Below the pieces are notes generated by a model. The model saw nothing but the letters and a program-made list of their open reading frames with translations. It was not told the origin of the DNA and did no database searches. Below, piece after piece: positions 39,064 to 48,211 of a stretch of 64,000 nucleotides of DNA. The number at the start of each line of letters is the position of its first letter. Position 1 is the first letter of the stretch. Location of the stretch: positions 2,755 through 66,754 of the forward strand of contig CAZRNU010000002.1 of NCBI GenBank assembly GCA_964601515.1, read 5' to 3'. Position numbers and translations under genes: made by a program. The DNA comes from an uncultured Bacteroidales bacterium (lineage in GTDB: Bacteria; Bacteroidota; Bacteroidia; Bacteroidales; UBA7960).

Positions 39064-39119
39064 AAAAAAATGAGGTTTAAGATTTTGTAGCAAAAATTGC
39101 TTATAATTCTTAAACCTCA
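39064..39119 (-). terminator. Probable intrinsic terminator
   Basis: 12-bp inverted repeat TGAGGTTTAAGA/TCTTAAACCTCA plus 7 U on the - strand. Confidence 0.6.
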
Positions 39120-39140
39120 ACCATTCATATCTTGATATTA

Positions 39141-39983
39141 TCAGAATTTTCTTCTTTTATTCTTCATATCAATGAAGTAAGTAAATTTTGCAGCAGTAAA
39201 ATAATAACTGTTGTATCCTTCACTCCATGGGCGGGTAAACCCGTTTAGATAACTTGTAAATGTTTTTCTCCAGCCAATATCAATACCTACACGGTATTTT
39301 TTCATAAAAGTATAATTAGCTCCCAAACCAATAGGAAAAACAACCTGATATTTAGAAAATTCATCATACACAAATGTGTCAGGATTAGGCACAGTAAGTA
39401 TAGGATTGTGATAGAAACCACCCACTCCTAAATAGCCATAAATATCTAAAGGGATATCATAATATATTCTTGGAGCGTAAATTTCAGTAATAAATGCCAA
39501 TTCATAAATATTATTTTCGAAAGCAAAACCTCTATTGTATCTGGATGAATTAGGCGGCGACAATGAGTCGGCACCATGAATATGTCCGTAGTTAAAAGTG
39601 AGCCCTGATACAAAAGTGTGATTAAATCTATACTTAGCAAATGCACCTAGATTAATACTGGTAGTTTCGAATTGAGTATCCATTATAAAACCTCTAGCAT
39701 CAGACCTACTACCACCTATCTCAGTTAATGAATTTGAAGTTCCAATATTGGGCCCAAATTCCCACCCTTTAGGAGTAAGCGCTTTACTTCTCCTCGATTG
39801 TTTGATTGGCTTTCTAGCCTGTGAAGGAGGACGAGATCCACTAAACACTCTTCTGATTATTCTTGTGTAAATTGGAGGCTTTGAATTACTTGGTGGCGCA
39901 GATGCCATCACAATATTAACACTTATGCCATTATCCAAAATGCCAATCAGAAATATGACTAAAACAATTGCTAGCTTTTTCAC
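39141..39983 (-). CDS. DUF6089/PorG-like outer-membrane beta-barrel protein
   Basis: WEFGPNIG, RGFAFENNIYEL, VFPIGLG, DIGWRKTFTSYL; GTG start. Confidence 0.78.
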   Translation of the reverse strand: MKKLAIVLVIFLIGILDNGISVNIVMASAPPSNSKPPIYTRIIRRVFSGSRPPSQARKPIKQSRRSKALTPKGWEFGPNIGTSNSLTEIGGSRSDARGFIMDTQFETTSINLGAFAKYRFNHTFVSGLTFNYGHIHGADSLSPPNSSRYNRGFAFENNIYELAFITEIYAPRIYYDIPLDIYGYLGVGGFYHNPILTVPNPDTFVYDEFSKYQVVFPIGLGANYTFMKKYRVGIDIGWRKTFTSYLNGFTRPWSEGYNSYYFTAAKFTYFIDMKNKRRKF

Positions 39984-40297
39984 AACAATATGTATTTAGG
40001 TGAATAAAAGATTATTGCTTATCGCTATATTGAAAAAAATTTGAACTGTTATTGTTGTAAAATAATTTGTAAATGTAATAAATTTTTGAAAATAAATATA
40101 ATCAAAATATATTTAGTGCATAAACTAACAAAATCAAAAAACAAACAATTAAAGCTTTACCACAAAAAACAAAACAATTTTATTATTACCTTTAGACTAT
40201 ATTTGTATTCTGTAGATAATTTCGCGATAGAAAGTATTTAATATTAACATTTACTAAACAAATTTTATTATCTTGTGTTCAAAATTAACCTGCTTAA

Positions 40298-41422
40298 ATG
40301 ATGAAAACATCAGAAAAACATCAGACAAGGCCTTTTAAGGTATTGCTAATAGATGATGATGAAAGTATAGTTAAGACTATTGAGAAGATACTGGTTAATA
40401 AAAATTACATCATATACTCTTCTTTATCAGGCCAAGACGCCCTTACTCACATAAGTAATATTATCCCTGACATAATACTGCTAGACATTTTGATGCCAAA
40501 AATGGATGGATATGAAGTATGCAAAGCGATTAAGCAAGACAGCAGATTTGAGAATGTTCCGGTTATCTTCATCACAGAAAGTAATGACCCTGACAATATC
40601 ATAAAAGCATTTGAATCCGGGGGAGTTGACTACATATTAAAACCCTTCAATCATAAAGCATTACTCGCTAGGCTAGATACTCATCTGCAGCTTAAAGTGT
40701 CTCAAGAAACATTAAAAGAATTGAACAAGGTCAAATTGAAGTTCTTTTCTATCATGACTCGTGACATAAAAGACCATTTGATAGGTGTAAAAGGTATTGC
40801 AGACTTTTTAGTACAAGATTTAGAGCAAGATTGTGAATCCAATACTGAAGGAATTAAAATGGCAAAGATACTCCAGGATGATTCTAAAAGACTATATGAA
40901 TTATTGGAAAACTTAATAGAGTGGGCTTCTATTGAAATAGGTCAAATGACTTTTAATCCTAAAGAAATTAGCATAAAAGAATTCATTGCTGAAAAAATAC
41001 AATTATTACAATTTTATGCAACCGACAAAAAATTAATAGTTAATCTTGATTGTGAGGATGATATAATTTTAAAAACAGACCCTGAGGCATTAAAAACGAT
41101 ATTTTTAAAAATCCTTTCTAACGCAATAAAATATAATAATCCTAAGGGAACAATAGATATTAAAATTATCAGAAAAAAGAATAAGTGTGTTTTTTCAATT
41201 ATTGACACCGGAATTGGTATGGATGCCGATGTTATTAACAATATTTTCAGATTAGACACCCCACATCCCAAAACTATAGGCACCGCAGAGGAAAAAGGCG
41301 CAGGACTTGGACTAATAATTTGCAAATCTATAATTGACAAACTAAATGGTAAAATATTAATTGAAAGCAAAAAATTCAGAGGTGCTAATGTAACATTTGA
41401 AATTCCTGATTTCGTAAAATAA
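40298..41422 (+). CDS. Receiver-(pseudo)HisKA-HATPase hybrid; H-box His replaced by Arg
   Basis: REC LLIDDD / DIILLDILMPKMDG; H-box FFSIMTRDIKDH (canonical FFSIIAHDLKNP); N, G1 and G2 boxes intact. Confidence 0.85.
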   Translation: MMKTSEKHQTRPFKVLLIDDDESIVKTIEKILVNKNYIIYSSLSGQDALTHISNIIPDIILLDILMPKMDGYEVCKAIKQDSRFENVPVIFITESNDPDNIIKAFESGGVDYILKPFNHKALLARLDTHLQLKVSQETLKELNKVKLKFFSIMTRDIKDHLIGVKGIADFLVQDLEQDCESNTEGIKMAKILQDDSKRLYELLENLIEWASIEIGQMTFNPKEISIKEFIAEKIQLLQFYATDKKLIVNLDCEDDIILKTDPEALKTIFLKILSNAIKYNNPKGTIDIKIIRKKNKCVFSIIDTGIGMDADVINNIFRLDTPHPKTIGTAEEKGAGLGLIICKSIIDKLNGKILIESKKFRGANVTFEIPDFVK

Positions 41423-41466
41423 AAAACAAAATATCAGCTAAGAAAAAAATTATAAAACAATTACCT

Positions 41467-42729
41467 ATGAAAAACATTAAAAAGCTTGGTGTAATTATTT
41501 CAATTCTTGCAATACTTATAACTGCATCATGTAAACAAAAGAGCATTTCATCCACTAACTCAACTAATGACAACAATATTGAAGTAAATTCGGATATGAA
41601 GCAATCTGTAATAGAGGGTAACAATAAATTTGCAATAGGGATAATGCAGAATTTGAAATTTGCAGAAGAAAATAGTATTATTTCACCCTACAGCATTAGC
41701 ACTGCATTGGCTATGACTTATGGGGGAGCTAGAGGAAAAACAATGAATGAAATGTCTAGTGTAATGAAATATTCATTAGAACAAAATAGTTTTCACCCAA
41801 CATTCAGTGCTTTCATGAGTGACATTACTTCAATATCTTCTGAAAAAGCCGGATTTGAATCAGCAAATGCGATTTATGCACAAAAAGATTATGATTTTTT
41901 GTCTGAATTTTTTGAGTTGATAAATAAAAACTATGGGTCAGCTTTAAAATTTGTAGATTTCCACAAAGGCAATAGAGAAGATATAAGGCAAGAGATCAAC
42001 AAATGGGTTGAATTAAAAACAAAGTCTAAAATTACCGAGCTAATTGCACCAAATATTTTAAGTGAAGATACAAGAATGGTATTGGTAAATGCAATATATT
42101 TTCTTGCTGAATGGGAAAAGGAATTTAACAAGGAACTTACTTACAGCGACTCTTTTTATCCCAATAACGGAGACCCGCAAAAAGTTAATTACATGAAAAC
42201 AACAGATAATTTCATGTATATACAAAGCAAAGGTTATGAAGCTATTGAATTGCCATATAGTGGAAATAAATTCTCTATGATGATGGTATTGCCTGAGAGC
42301 AAAACTGATTTTAGCTCGTTTATCAAGAGTTTTAGCTATGATGATTTCAATACTATTACCTCAAACTTTGCAAAAAAACAAGTTGAAGTTAATATTCCAA
42401 AATACAAAATTGAAACTGCAACCGAATTGCAAAAAGTTTTAATTCAAATGGGTATGCCTTTAGCATTTTCAAATAAAGCAGACTTTTCAGGTATGACAGG
42501 CAAACAAGACCTTAAAATCGACAAAGTAATTCATAAAGCATTTGTTGAGGTTGATGAGAAGGGCACTGAAGCTGCAGCAGCAACTGCTGTTGTTATGATA
42601 AGAAAAACTGCCGCTGTCGAGGATATGTCTCAAAAAATAATATTCAAAGCAGACAGACCATTTTTATTCTTTATTAAGGAGAATAATAATAACACAATAA
42701 TTTTCATGGGAAGTGTTATAAATCCTTAA
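41467..42729 (+). CDS. Serpin (serine protease inhibitor), lipoprotein
   Basis: Lipobox ITASC; ISPYSISTALAM, LVNAIYF, hinge EKGTEAAAATA, FKADRPFLF. Confidence 0.95.
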   Translation: MKNIKKLGVIISILAILITASCKQKSISSTNSTNDNNIEVNSDMKQSVIEGNNKFAIGIMQNLKFAEENSIISPYSISTALAMTYGGARGKTMNEMSSVMKYSLEQNSFHPTFSAFMSDITSISSEKAGFESANAIYAQKDYDFLSEFFELINKNYGSALKFVDFHKGNREDIRQEINKWVELKTKSKITELIAPNILSEDTRMVLVNAIYFLAEWEKEFNKELTYSDSFYPNNGDPQKVNYMKTTDNFMYIQSKGYEAIELPYSGNKFSMMMVLPESKTDFSSFIKSFSYDDFNTITSNFAKKQVEVNIPKYKIETATELQKVLIQMGMPLAFSNKADFSGMTGKQDLKIDKVIHKAFVEVDEKGTEAAAATAVVMIRKTAAVEDMSQKIIFKADRPFLFFIKENNNNTIIFMGSVINP

Positions 42730-42735
42730 TTGCTG

Positions 42736-43122
42736 CTAAAAGCCTTCATTGTCAAAATATTGACTCAGTTGTTTAAGATTACTGTCGAAAAGAGAATATA
42801 ATTCTTCTTTGTAGGTAAAGTTTTCTTGTTTATGACAAGCATCGATAAATGAGAGAAGCTGGTAAAACCTTGATGCACCAATAGTACCCGACAAGCCTTT
42901 AAGTGTATGAACTGATCTGGAAAGCATTTCTTCATTATTGGTTTCAATATATGATTTCATTTCCTCAACAATTTCATAGCTTTCTTCAATAAATGAGTCA
43001 ATAATTTCCTTAAGTAGTTCTGGCTTGTTTCTAGTTTGAAATCTTAACTTTTCCATATTTGCAGGGTTAAATACCGGGAAATTGGAAAAGTCCGGAATTT
43101 CATTTTGAGGTTTTTCCGTCAT
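42736..43122 (-). CDS. Hpt (histidine phosphotransfer) protein
   Basis: SVHTLKGLSGTIGA. Confidence 0.88.
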   Translation of the reverse strand: MTEKPQNEIPDFSNFPVFNPANMEKLRFQTRNKPELLKEIIDSFIEESYEIVEEMKSYIETNNEEMLSRSVHTLKGLSGTIGASRFYQLLSFIDACHKQENFTYKEELYSLFDSNLKQLSQYFDNEGF

Positions 43123-43134
43123 AATGTAATAAGA

Positions 43135-46100
43135 TTATTTTTCTGATGATTTATTTGTCCATTTTATAATTTTCGCATACAGATCTTCAGCCTTTACAGG
43201 CTTTGAAATATAATCATCCATACCTGCATTAATATATTTTTCGGCATCACCTTCAAGTGCATTAGCGCTCAAAGCAATTACTGCGGGGAGGTCTTTAAAT
43301 CTTGTTTTCATATGTTTATTTGCAGTAACTCCATCCATAACAGGCATTTGAATATCCATAATAATCAGGTCAAATTTTTCATCTTTCTCGAGAATATCTA
43401 GTGCTTGTTGTCCGTTGTATGCAATTTTGACTCTGCATCCTGCATTTTCTAGCATCATTCGGATAATTTTCTGATTTATAATTTTATCCTCAACAAGCAT
43501 AATATCAAGGTTAAGGTTAAGATTTTCCTTAACAACAGGCTTTTCTTCTTTAGGTGCAATAAATAGATGATCTAACTTTTGAACCTTTACTGTAAAGAAA
43601 AATGTAGTACCCTGCCCTTCATTATTATTTTTCACGCCTATTTCACCGCCCATTAATTTAACTATACTTCGGCATATTGACAGGCCAAGACCTGTTCCCT
43701 CATGCACTCGTTTAAGTGAAGTATCTATTTGTGTAAATGGTTGGAAAAGCTTATCCATAGATTCTTCACTAATTCCAATTCCCGTGTCAGTTACTTCAAC
43801 ATATAATTCAACATCATTAATAACTTTCTTGTTTAAGGCAATTATAATTTTCACTCCACCTTCCGGTGTAAATTTCACTGCATTTGAAATTAGATTGGTA
43901 AATACCTGCATTAATCTATTTTCATCTGCTGAAATAAACTCCGGAACCTCAGGTTTAATCTCAATAGAAAATGACAGGACCTTTTGCTTTGTGAGAGCAG
44001 CAAATAATCCTTTAATTCGTTCAATGCTTTCATAAAGATTAAACTCAATAGGTTTCAGATGCAATTTCCCTGCTTCAATTTTTGACAAATCAAGTACATC
44101 ATTAATAATATTTAAAAGACTCTCTGAGGAATGCTTAATTGTGTTGGCATAATCAAGTTGTTCTTCTGATAAAGATGTTTTTAAAAGAAAATCTATCATC
44201 CCAAGTATACCATTCATTGGTGTTCTCATTTCATGGCTCATATTAGCCAAGAATTGTTGCTTCATTTCAGAAGTTTTCACTGCAATTTCTACATTATTTT
44301 TGAGTTCCTGATTAGCAACTTGTTCAGTAACATCCTGAACTGTACCGATTAATAATATAGGTTTTAGTTTATCATCAAAATTTATCTGAGATGTAGCCCT
44401 AATATGCTTAATAGTACCTGCAAAGTCAACAATTCTATAATTAGAGTTTATATCAGACACATTGCCACTATAAATTTTATGCATCTGACTGACTATATGT
44501 TTTCTATCTTCCGGATGAACCAATGCTCTAAATTCATCATCATTAAATGATTTACGTTTCTCAGGAGAAACGCACATAATATCGAAATAAGATTCTGAAA
44601 AAACCTTCCTGCCGGATTTTAAATCCCACTCCCAATTACCAATTTTCGCTATTTTTTGCGCTTGGTAAAGTTTCTCATGGCTTTCATTTAAAGCTTGCTC
44701 CATATTTTTAGAGTCAATTATTTGAGCCAACTTTTCGGCAATACTCTTGATTAAAATTTTCTCACTAAACTGGAATGGATCCTTATTTACATTTGGCTTT
44801 TCTTCCAGATATCCGATTTTTATATGTCCTAATTTTTTCTTTTGAATTTTTATAGGAGTTATAAAAACCCAAGGTGTTTCAATATAATTTTCGCTTCGGA
44901 ATATTTCACTTCCGTATAAAACTTCGACATAAACATCATGCGAATATTTGATGCCATTTGGTATTATATCGATTGCTTTTTTAAGCAATTCTTCAAATGT
45001 AATTCCGGGCACACTTGTGAGATCAGATACATCAAACAAACAGTTAAGTTGTTTAATTTTTTGATTCAGATTAGCAGTGGCTTCCTGAAGCTGATAGTTA
45101 GACTTTTTGCTTTCAGTTACATCAAGTAAAACGATAACTGAACCATAAAACCTTTGATTTTCATCAAGTAAAGGGGATACGCTGAAATGTCCCCAAAAGT
45201 CATCATCATCAAGGCTACTTAATTGAATTTCAAACTGATCGGCAACTCCTATTTTCCTAAGCTCAAAACTTTCTAAATAGGCTTTTCGCTGCTCGTCGTT
45301 TCCAATAAAGCTTTTTATTGGCTTCATTTTTATCTGCTCAAAGGTTGCGCTGAGCATCTGGCAAGCTTTACTGTTAGCAAATTGTATATTGTCATTTTCA
45401 TCAGCCATTATCAGGCCTTCATTCATAGTCTTAATCAACTTGCTATATCTGTCTTCGCTTTTGCGCAAAGCAGACGTAATTTCATCTCTTTCTGCAATTG
45501 ACTGTTGTAGTTTAGATATGAATGATTTCTTATCTCTGTTACTTTTATAAAAAACAATTAAAAGTCCGGACAGTAAAAGGAGAATGAATATTGCAAAAAA
45601 GTAAATAATTGAGTTCCTCTGTTTAAGGCTTTGATAAAGCTTATTAATTTCATATGCTTCATCTTTTCTGGCTTCGAGAAGATTTGCCTGTCCATGGAGA
45701 TTTTTAAAATTCAGCTCTTTACTAATAGACACATATGTGAGCATGTCTTCATAAGCTTCTTTTTGTTTACCCATTTCAAAATTGAGCCTTGCCCTGTCTG
45801 AGTAAAAATTGATAAGCATAGACCTAAGTCCAATTTGCTTCATAATAAGAAGGCCTTCATTTATATGTAACTCAGCCTTGTCATATTGCTTTAACTCAAG
45901 ATAAGTAACGCCCTGATTTCTAGTAACAAGCCCATACAGAGGTATATTATAAAACATTCTCAAAACACTGTCGGACCTTGAATAATAGTTTAGAGCAAGT
46001 TCCAATTCCTTCATTTCTCTGTAGACATTTCCAATATTGTTGTATATTATTGCTTGGCTATGGATATCTTCAATTCCCGTAGCCATAATAAACGCCTGAT

Positions 46101-46755
46101 CATAGAAGAAGAATGCCATTTCAAAATTCTTATCAACTATATTAAGCGTCCCAATATTATTAAACACCCTAATTGTAACTTTATGGAAATCGTTGGGCAA
46201 TGATATTTTCAGCGCAGCATCATAATATTCTCTTGCTTTATCGATTTTCTCAAGATTTCTATAAACCATCCCCATATAATTTAAAGAGCTGGCTTCTCCA
46301 TAAAGATATTTGTGTGTTTCAGAAATTCGAAGAGCTTCGTGGTGATTTTCTACGGCCATATAATATATGCCTCTTTGTCTTAACAGATTGCCAAGTTGAT
46401 TTTTAATATTGACTGCTAATTCGGGATATTTATCAGGGTCTAGCAGTTCATCTGCCTCATTATATAGTTGCTCGGCATCATAGTATTTACCCATAAGCAT
46501 ATACAATTGGGCTAGATTATCAATTGTTAAAATATTTACAGGTAAATTACTTATCTGTTTTGCCATTTCAAGAGCTTCTAAGGCAAAACTCTCCCTTTGT
46601 TCAATATTGAAGTTTTTATAGTCATTAGATTTGGCAACTAAATCAGAAATACTATCGGGCAATGCAACTATATTGTTTTCAACGCCATATGTAAAAATAG
46701 TTGAAACAGATAAAAGCAAAAAAACAATGAAATTTGTAAAGGTTCTTGAATTCAT
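43135..46755 (-). CDS. Hybrid sensor kinase: periplasmic TPR, TM, PAS, GAF-like, PAS, HisKA, HATPase, REC
   Basis: TPR repeats, FLANMSHEMRTPMNG, NLISNAVKFT, DTGIG, GTGLGL, DLIIMDIQMPVMDG. Confidence 0.93.
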   Translation of the reverse strand: MNSRTFTNFIVFLLLSVSTIFTYGVENNIVALPDSISDLVAKSNDYKNFNIEQRESFALEALEMAKQISNLPVNILTIDNLAQLYMLMGKYYDAEQLYNEADELLDPDKYPELAVNIKNQLGNLLRQRGIYYMAVENHHEALRISETHKYLYGEASSLNYMGMVYRNLEKIDKAREYYDAALKISLPNDFHKVTIRVFNNIGTLNIVDKNFEMAFFFYDQAFIMATGIEDIHSQAIIYNNIGNVYREMKELELALNYYSRSDSVLRMFYNIPLYGLVTRNQGVTYLELKQYDKAELHINEGLLIMKQIGLRSMLINFYSDRARLNFEMGKQKEAYEDMLTYVSISKELNFKNLHGQANLLEARKDEAYEINKLYQSLKQRNSIIYFFAIFILLLLSGLLIVFYKSNRDKKSFISKLQQSIAERDEITSALRKSEDRYSKLIKTMNEGLIMADENDNIQFANSKACQMLSATFEQIKMKPIKSFIGNDEQRKAYLESFELRKIGVADQFEIQLSSLDDDDFWGHFSVSPLLDENQRFYGSVIVLLDVTESKKSNYQLQEATANLNQKIKQLNCLFDVSDLTSVPGITFEELLKKAIDIIPNGIKYSHDVYVEVLYGSEIFRSENYIETPWVFITPIKIQKKKLGHIKIGYLEEKPNVNKDPFQFSEKILIKSIAEKLAQIIDSKNMEQALNESHEKLYQAQKIAKIGNWEWDLKSGRKVFSESYFDIMCVSPEKRKSFNDDEFRALVHPEDRKHIVSQMHKIYSGNVSDINSNYRIVDFAGTIKHIRATSQINFDDKLKPILLIGTVQDVTEQVANQELKNNVEIAVKTSEMKQQFLANMSHEMRTPMNGILGMIDFLLKTSLSEEQLDYANTIKHSSESLLNIINDVLDLSKIEAGKLHLKPIEFNLYESIERIKGLFAALTKQKVLSFSIEIKPEVPEFISADENRLMQVFTNLISNAVKFTPEGGVKIIIALNKKVINDVELYVEVTDTGIGISEESMDKLFQPFTQIDTSLKRVHEGTGLGLSICRSIVKLMGGEIGVKNNNEGQGTTFFFTVKVQKLDHLFIAPKEEKPVVKENLNLNLDIMLVEDKIINQKIIRMMLENAGCRVKIAYNGQQALDILEKDEKFDLIIMDIQMPVMDGVTANKHMKTRFKDLPAVIALSANALEGDAEKYINAGMDDYISKPVKAEDLYAKIIKWTNKSSEK

Positions 46756-46821
46756 AAAGCCAACATATAGGTCTGAAAAACTTCATAAAAATACAAAAAA
46801 CAGATAATAAATTAAGATTTT

Positions 46822-47757
46822 TTAAAAAAGCCTTGCTCTTTTTATTAAAAAAGAAAACAAAACCTTTTCAAAGCCCTCATTTATATCAGCATCCACGAAA
46901 TCTATTTGATATTGAAGGCACTTCATTTTGAGTGTTTTGAAGTAATCAGAAAGGGCATTTTGATACTTTTCTTTAATTCCTCCGGGATTTAATTTAATTT
47001 CATTGCCGGTTTCCATATCAATAAACCTTAAAGGCCTGTTTGTAAAATCAAACTTAAGCTCTTTTTGTTTATCATAAACATGGAATAAAATTACTTCGTG
47101 CTTATTGTGTTTCAGATGCTTTAATGCAGAGAAAACCTCAGCAGGATCTTCAGCATTTACGAGCATATCGCTAAATACTATTACCAATGATCTTTTATGA
47201 ATACTATCTGCAAGCAAATGAAGACTTTCAGAGGTTGCAGACAATTTGTGGATTGGTTGATTTTCTCTTTTAATGATGCTGTTAAGATGTGCAAACAGCA
47301 TTTTTTGATGAGTACTGTTTGAGCGGGGTTTATAATGAGAATCTACTTTATTTGAAAAAGTACTTAACCCCACCGCATCTCGCTGCTTATTCATTAGATA
47401 AATTAGAGATGCTGCAGACATTACAGAAAATTCAAGTTTATTAAACTGTTCAGGACTTTTATTTTCCAGAGGAAAATACATAGATGAAGAGTTATCTATA
47501 ATAATTTGGCATCTTAGATTAGTTTCCTCTTCAAAGCATTTCACAAAAAGCTTTTCTGATCTGGCAAATAACTTCCAATCTATGTGCCTGGTAGATTCTC
47601 CTTGATTATAAATTTTATGTTCAGCAAACTCTACCGAAAAACCATGAAAAGGGCTCTTGTGGAGCCCTGTAATGAAACCCTCAACTACTTGCTTGGCAAG
47701 GAGTTCAAGATTTTCAAATTTCTTAAAAATTGCCTGGTTAAAACCGGGATTATTCAT
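46822..47757 (-). CDS. DUF58 domain protein (vWA-like)
   Basis: GLHKSPFHGFSVEFAEH, IDWKLFARS, EEETNLR, DNSSSM. Confidence 0.92.
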   Translation of the reverse strand: MNNPGFNQAIFKKFENLELLAKQVVEGFITGLHKSPFHGFSVEFAEHKIYNQGESTRHIDWKLFARSEKLFVKCFEEETNLRCQIIIDNSSSMYFPLENKSPEQFNKLEFSVMSAASLIYLMNKQRDAVGLSTFSNKVDSHYKPRSNSTHQKMLFAHLNSIIKRENQPIHKLSATSESLHLLADSIHKRSLVIVFSDMLVNAEDPAEVFSALKHLKHNKHEVILFHVYDKQKELKFDFTNRPLRFIDMETGNEIKLNPGGIKEKYQNALSDYFKTLKMKCLQYQIDFVDADINEGFEKVLFSFLIKRARLF

Positions 47758-47793
47758 TATATGATATTAAATGAAGTAGTCTTAGAAAAGCAA

Positions 47794-48111
47794 CTACAAC
47801 AATGCGTCAATTTTAGCCGAAAGTACATTTTTAGGTACGGCACCAACTTGCTTATCTACTACTTCTCCTTTTTTGATAAACAATATTGTAGGAATGTTTC
47901 TAATTCCAAATCTTGCTGAAATTCCGGGATTACTGTCGACATCAACTTTACCAACCAATGCCTTACCTTCATATTCACTAGCAAGCTCGTTAACAATAGG
48001 AGCTATCATTCTGCAAGGGCCACACCACTCTGCCCAAAAATCAACAAGAACAGGCTTATCTGATTTAATAACCAATTCTTCAAAGTTCGCGTCTGTAAAT
48101 TCTAATGCCAT
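47794..48111 (-). CDS. trxA: Thioredoxin
   Basis: VDFWAEWCGPC; dnaE-trxA adjacency typical of Bacteroidota. Confidence 0.95.
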   Translation of the reverse strand: MALEFTDANFEELVIKSDKPVLVDFWAEWCGPCRMIAPIVNELASEYEGKALVGKVDVDSNPGISARFGIRNIPTILFIKKGEVVDKQVGAVPKNVLSAKIDALL

Positions 48112-48211
48112 TTTATTACGTTTTTAGTTATTGAATAATTATTTACAAATTTTATAACAAACATACTATCCTAATTGTTCTTTTCCAATTTTTTTTTAGC
48201 AAAAAAAATCA

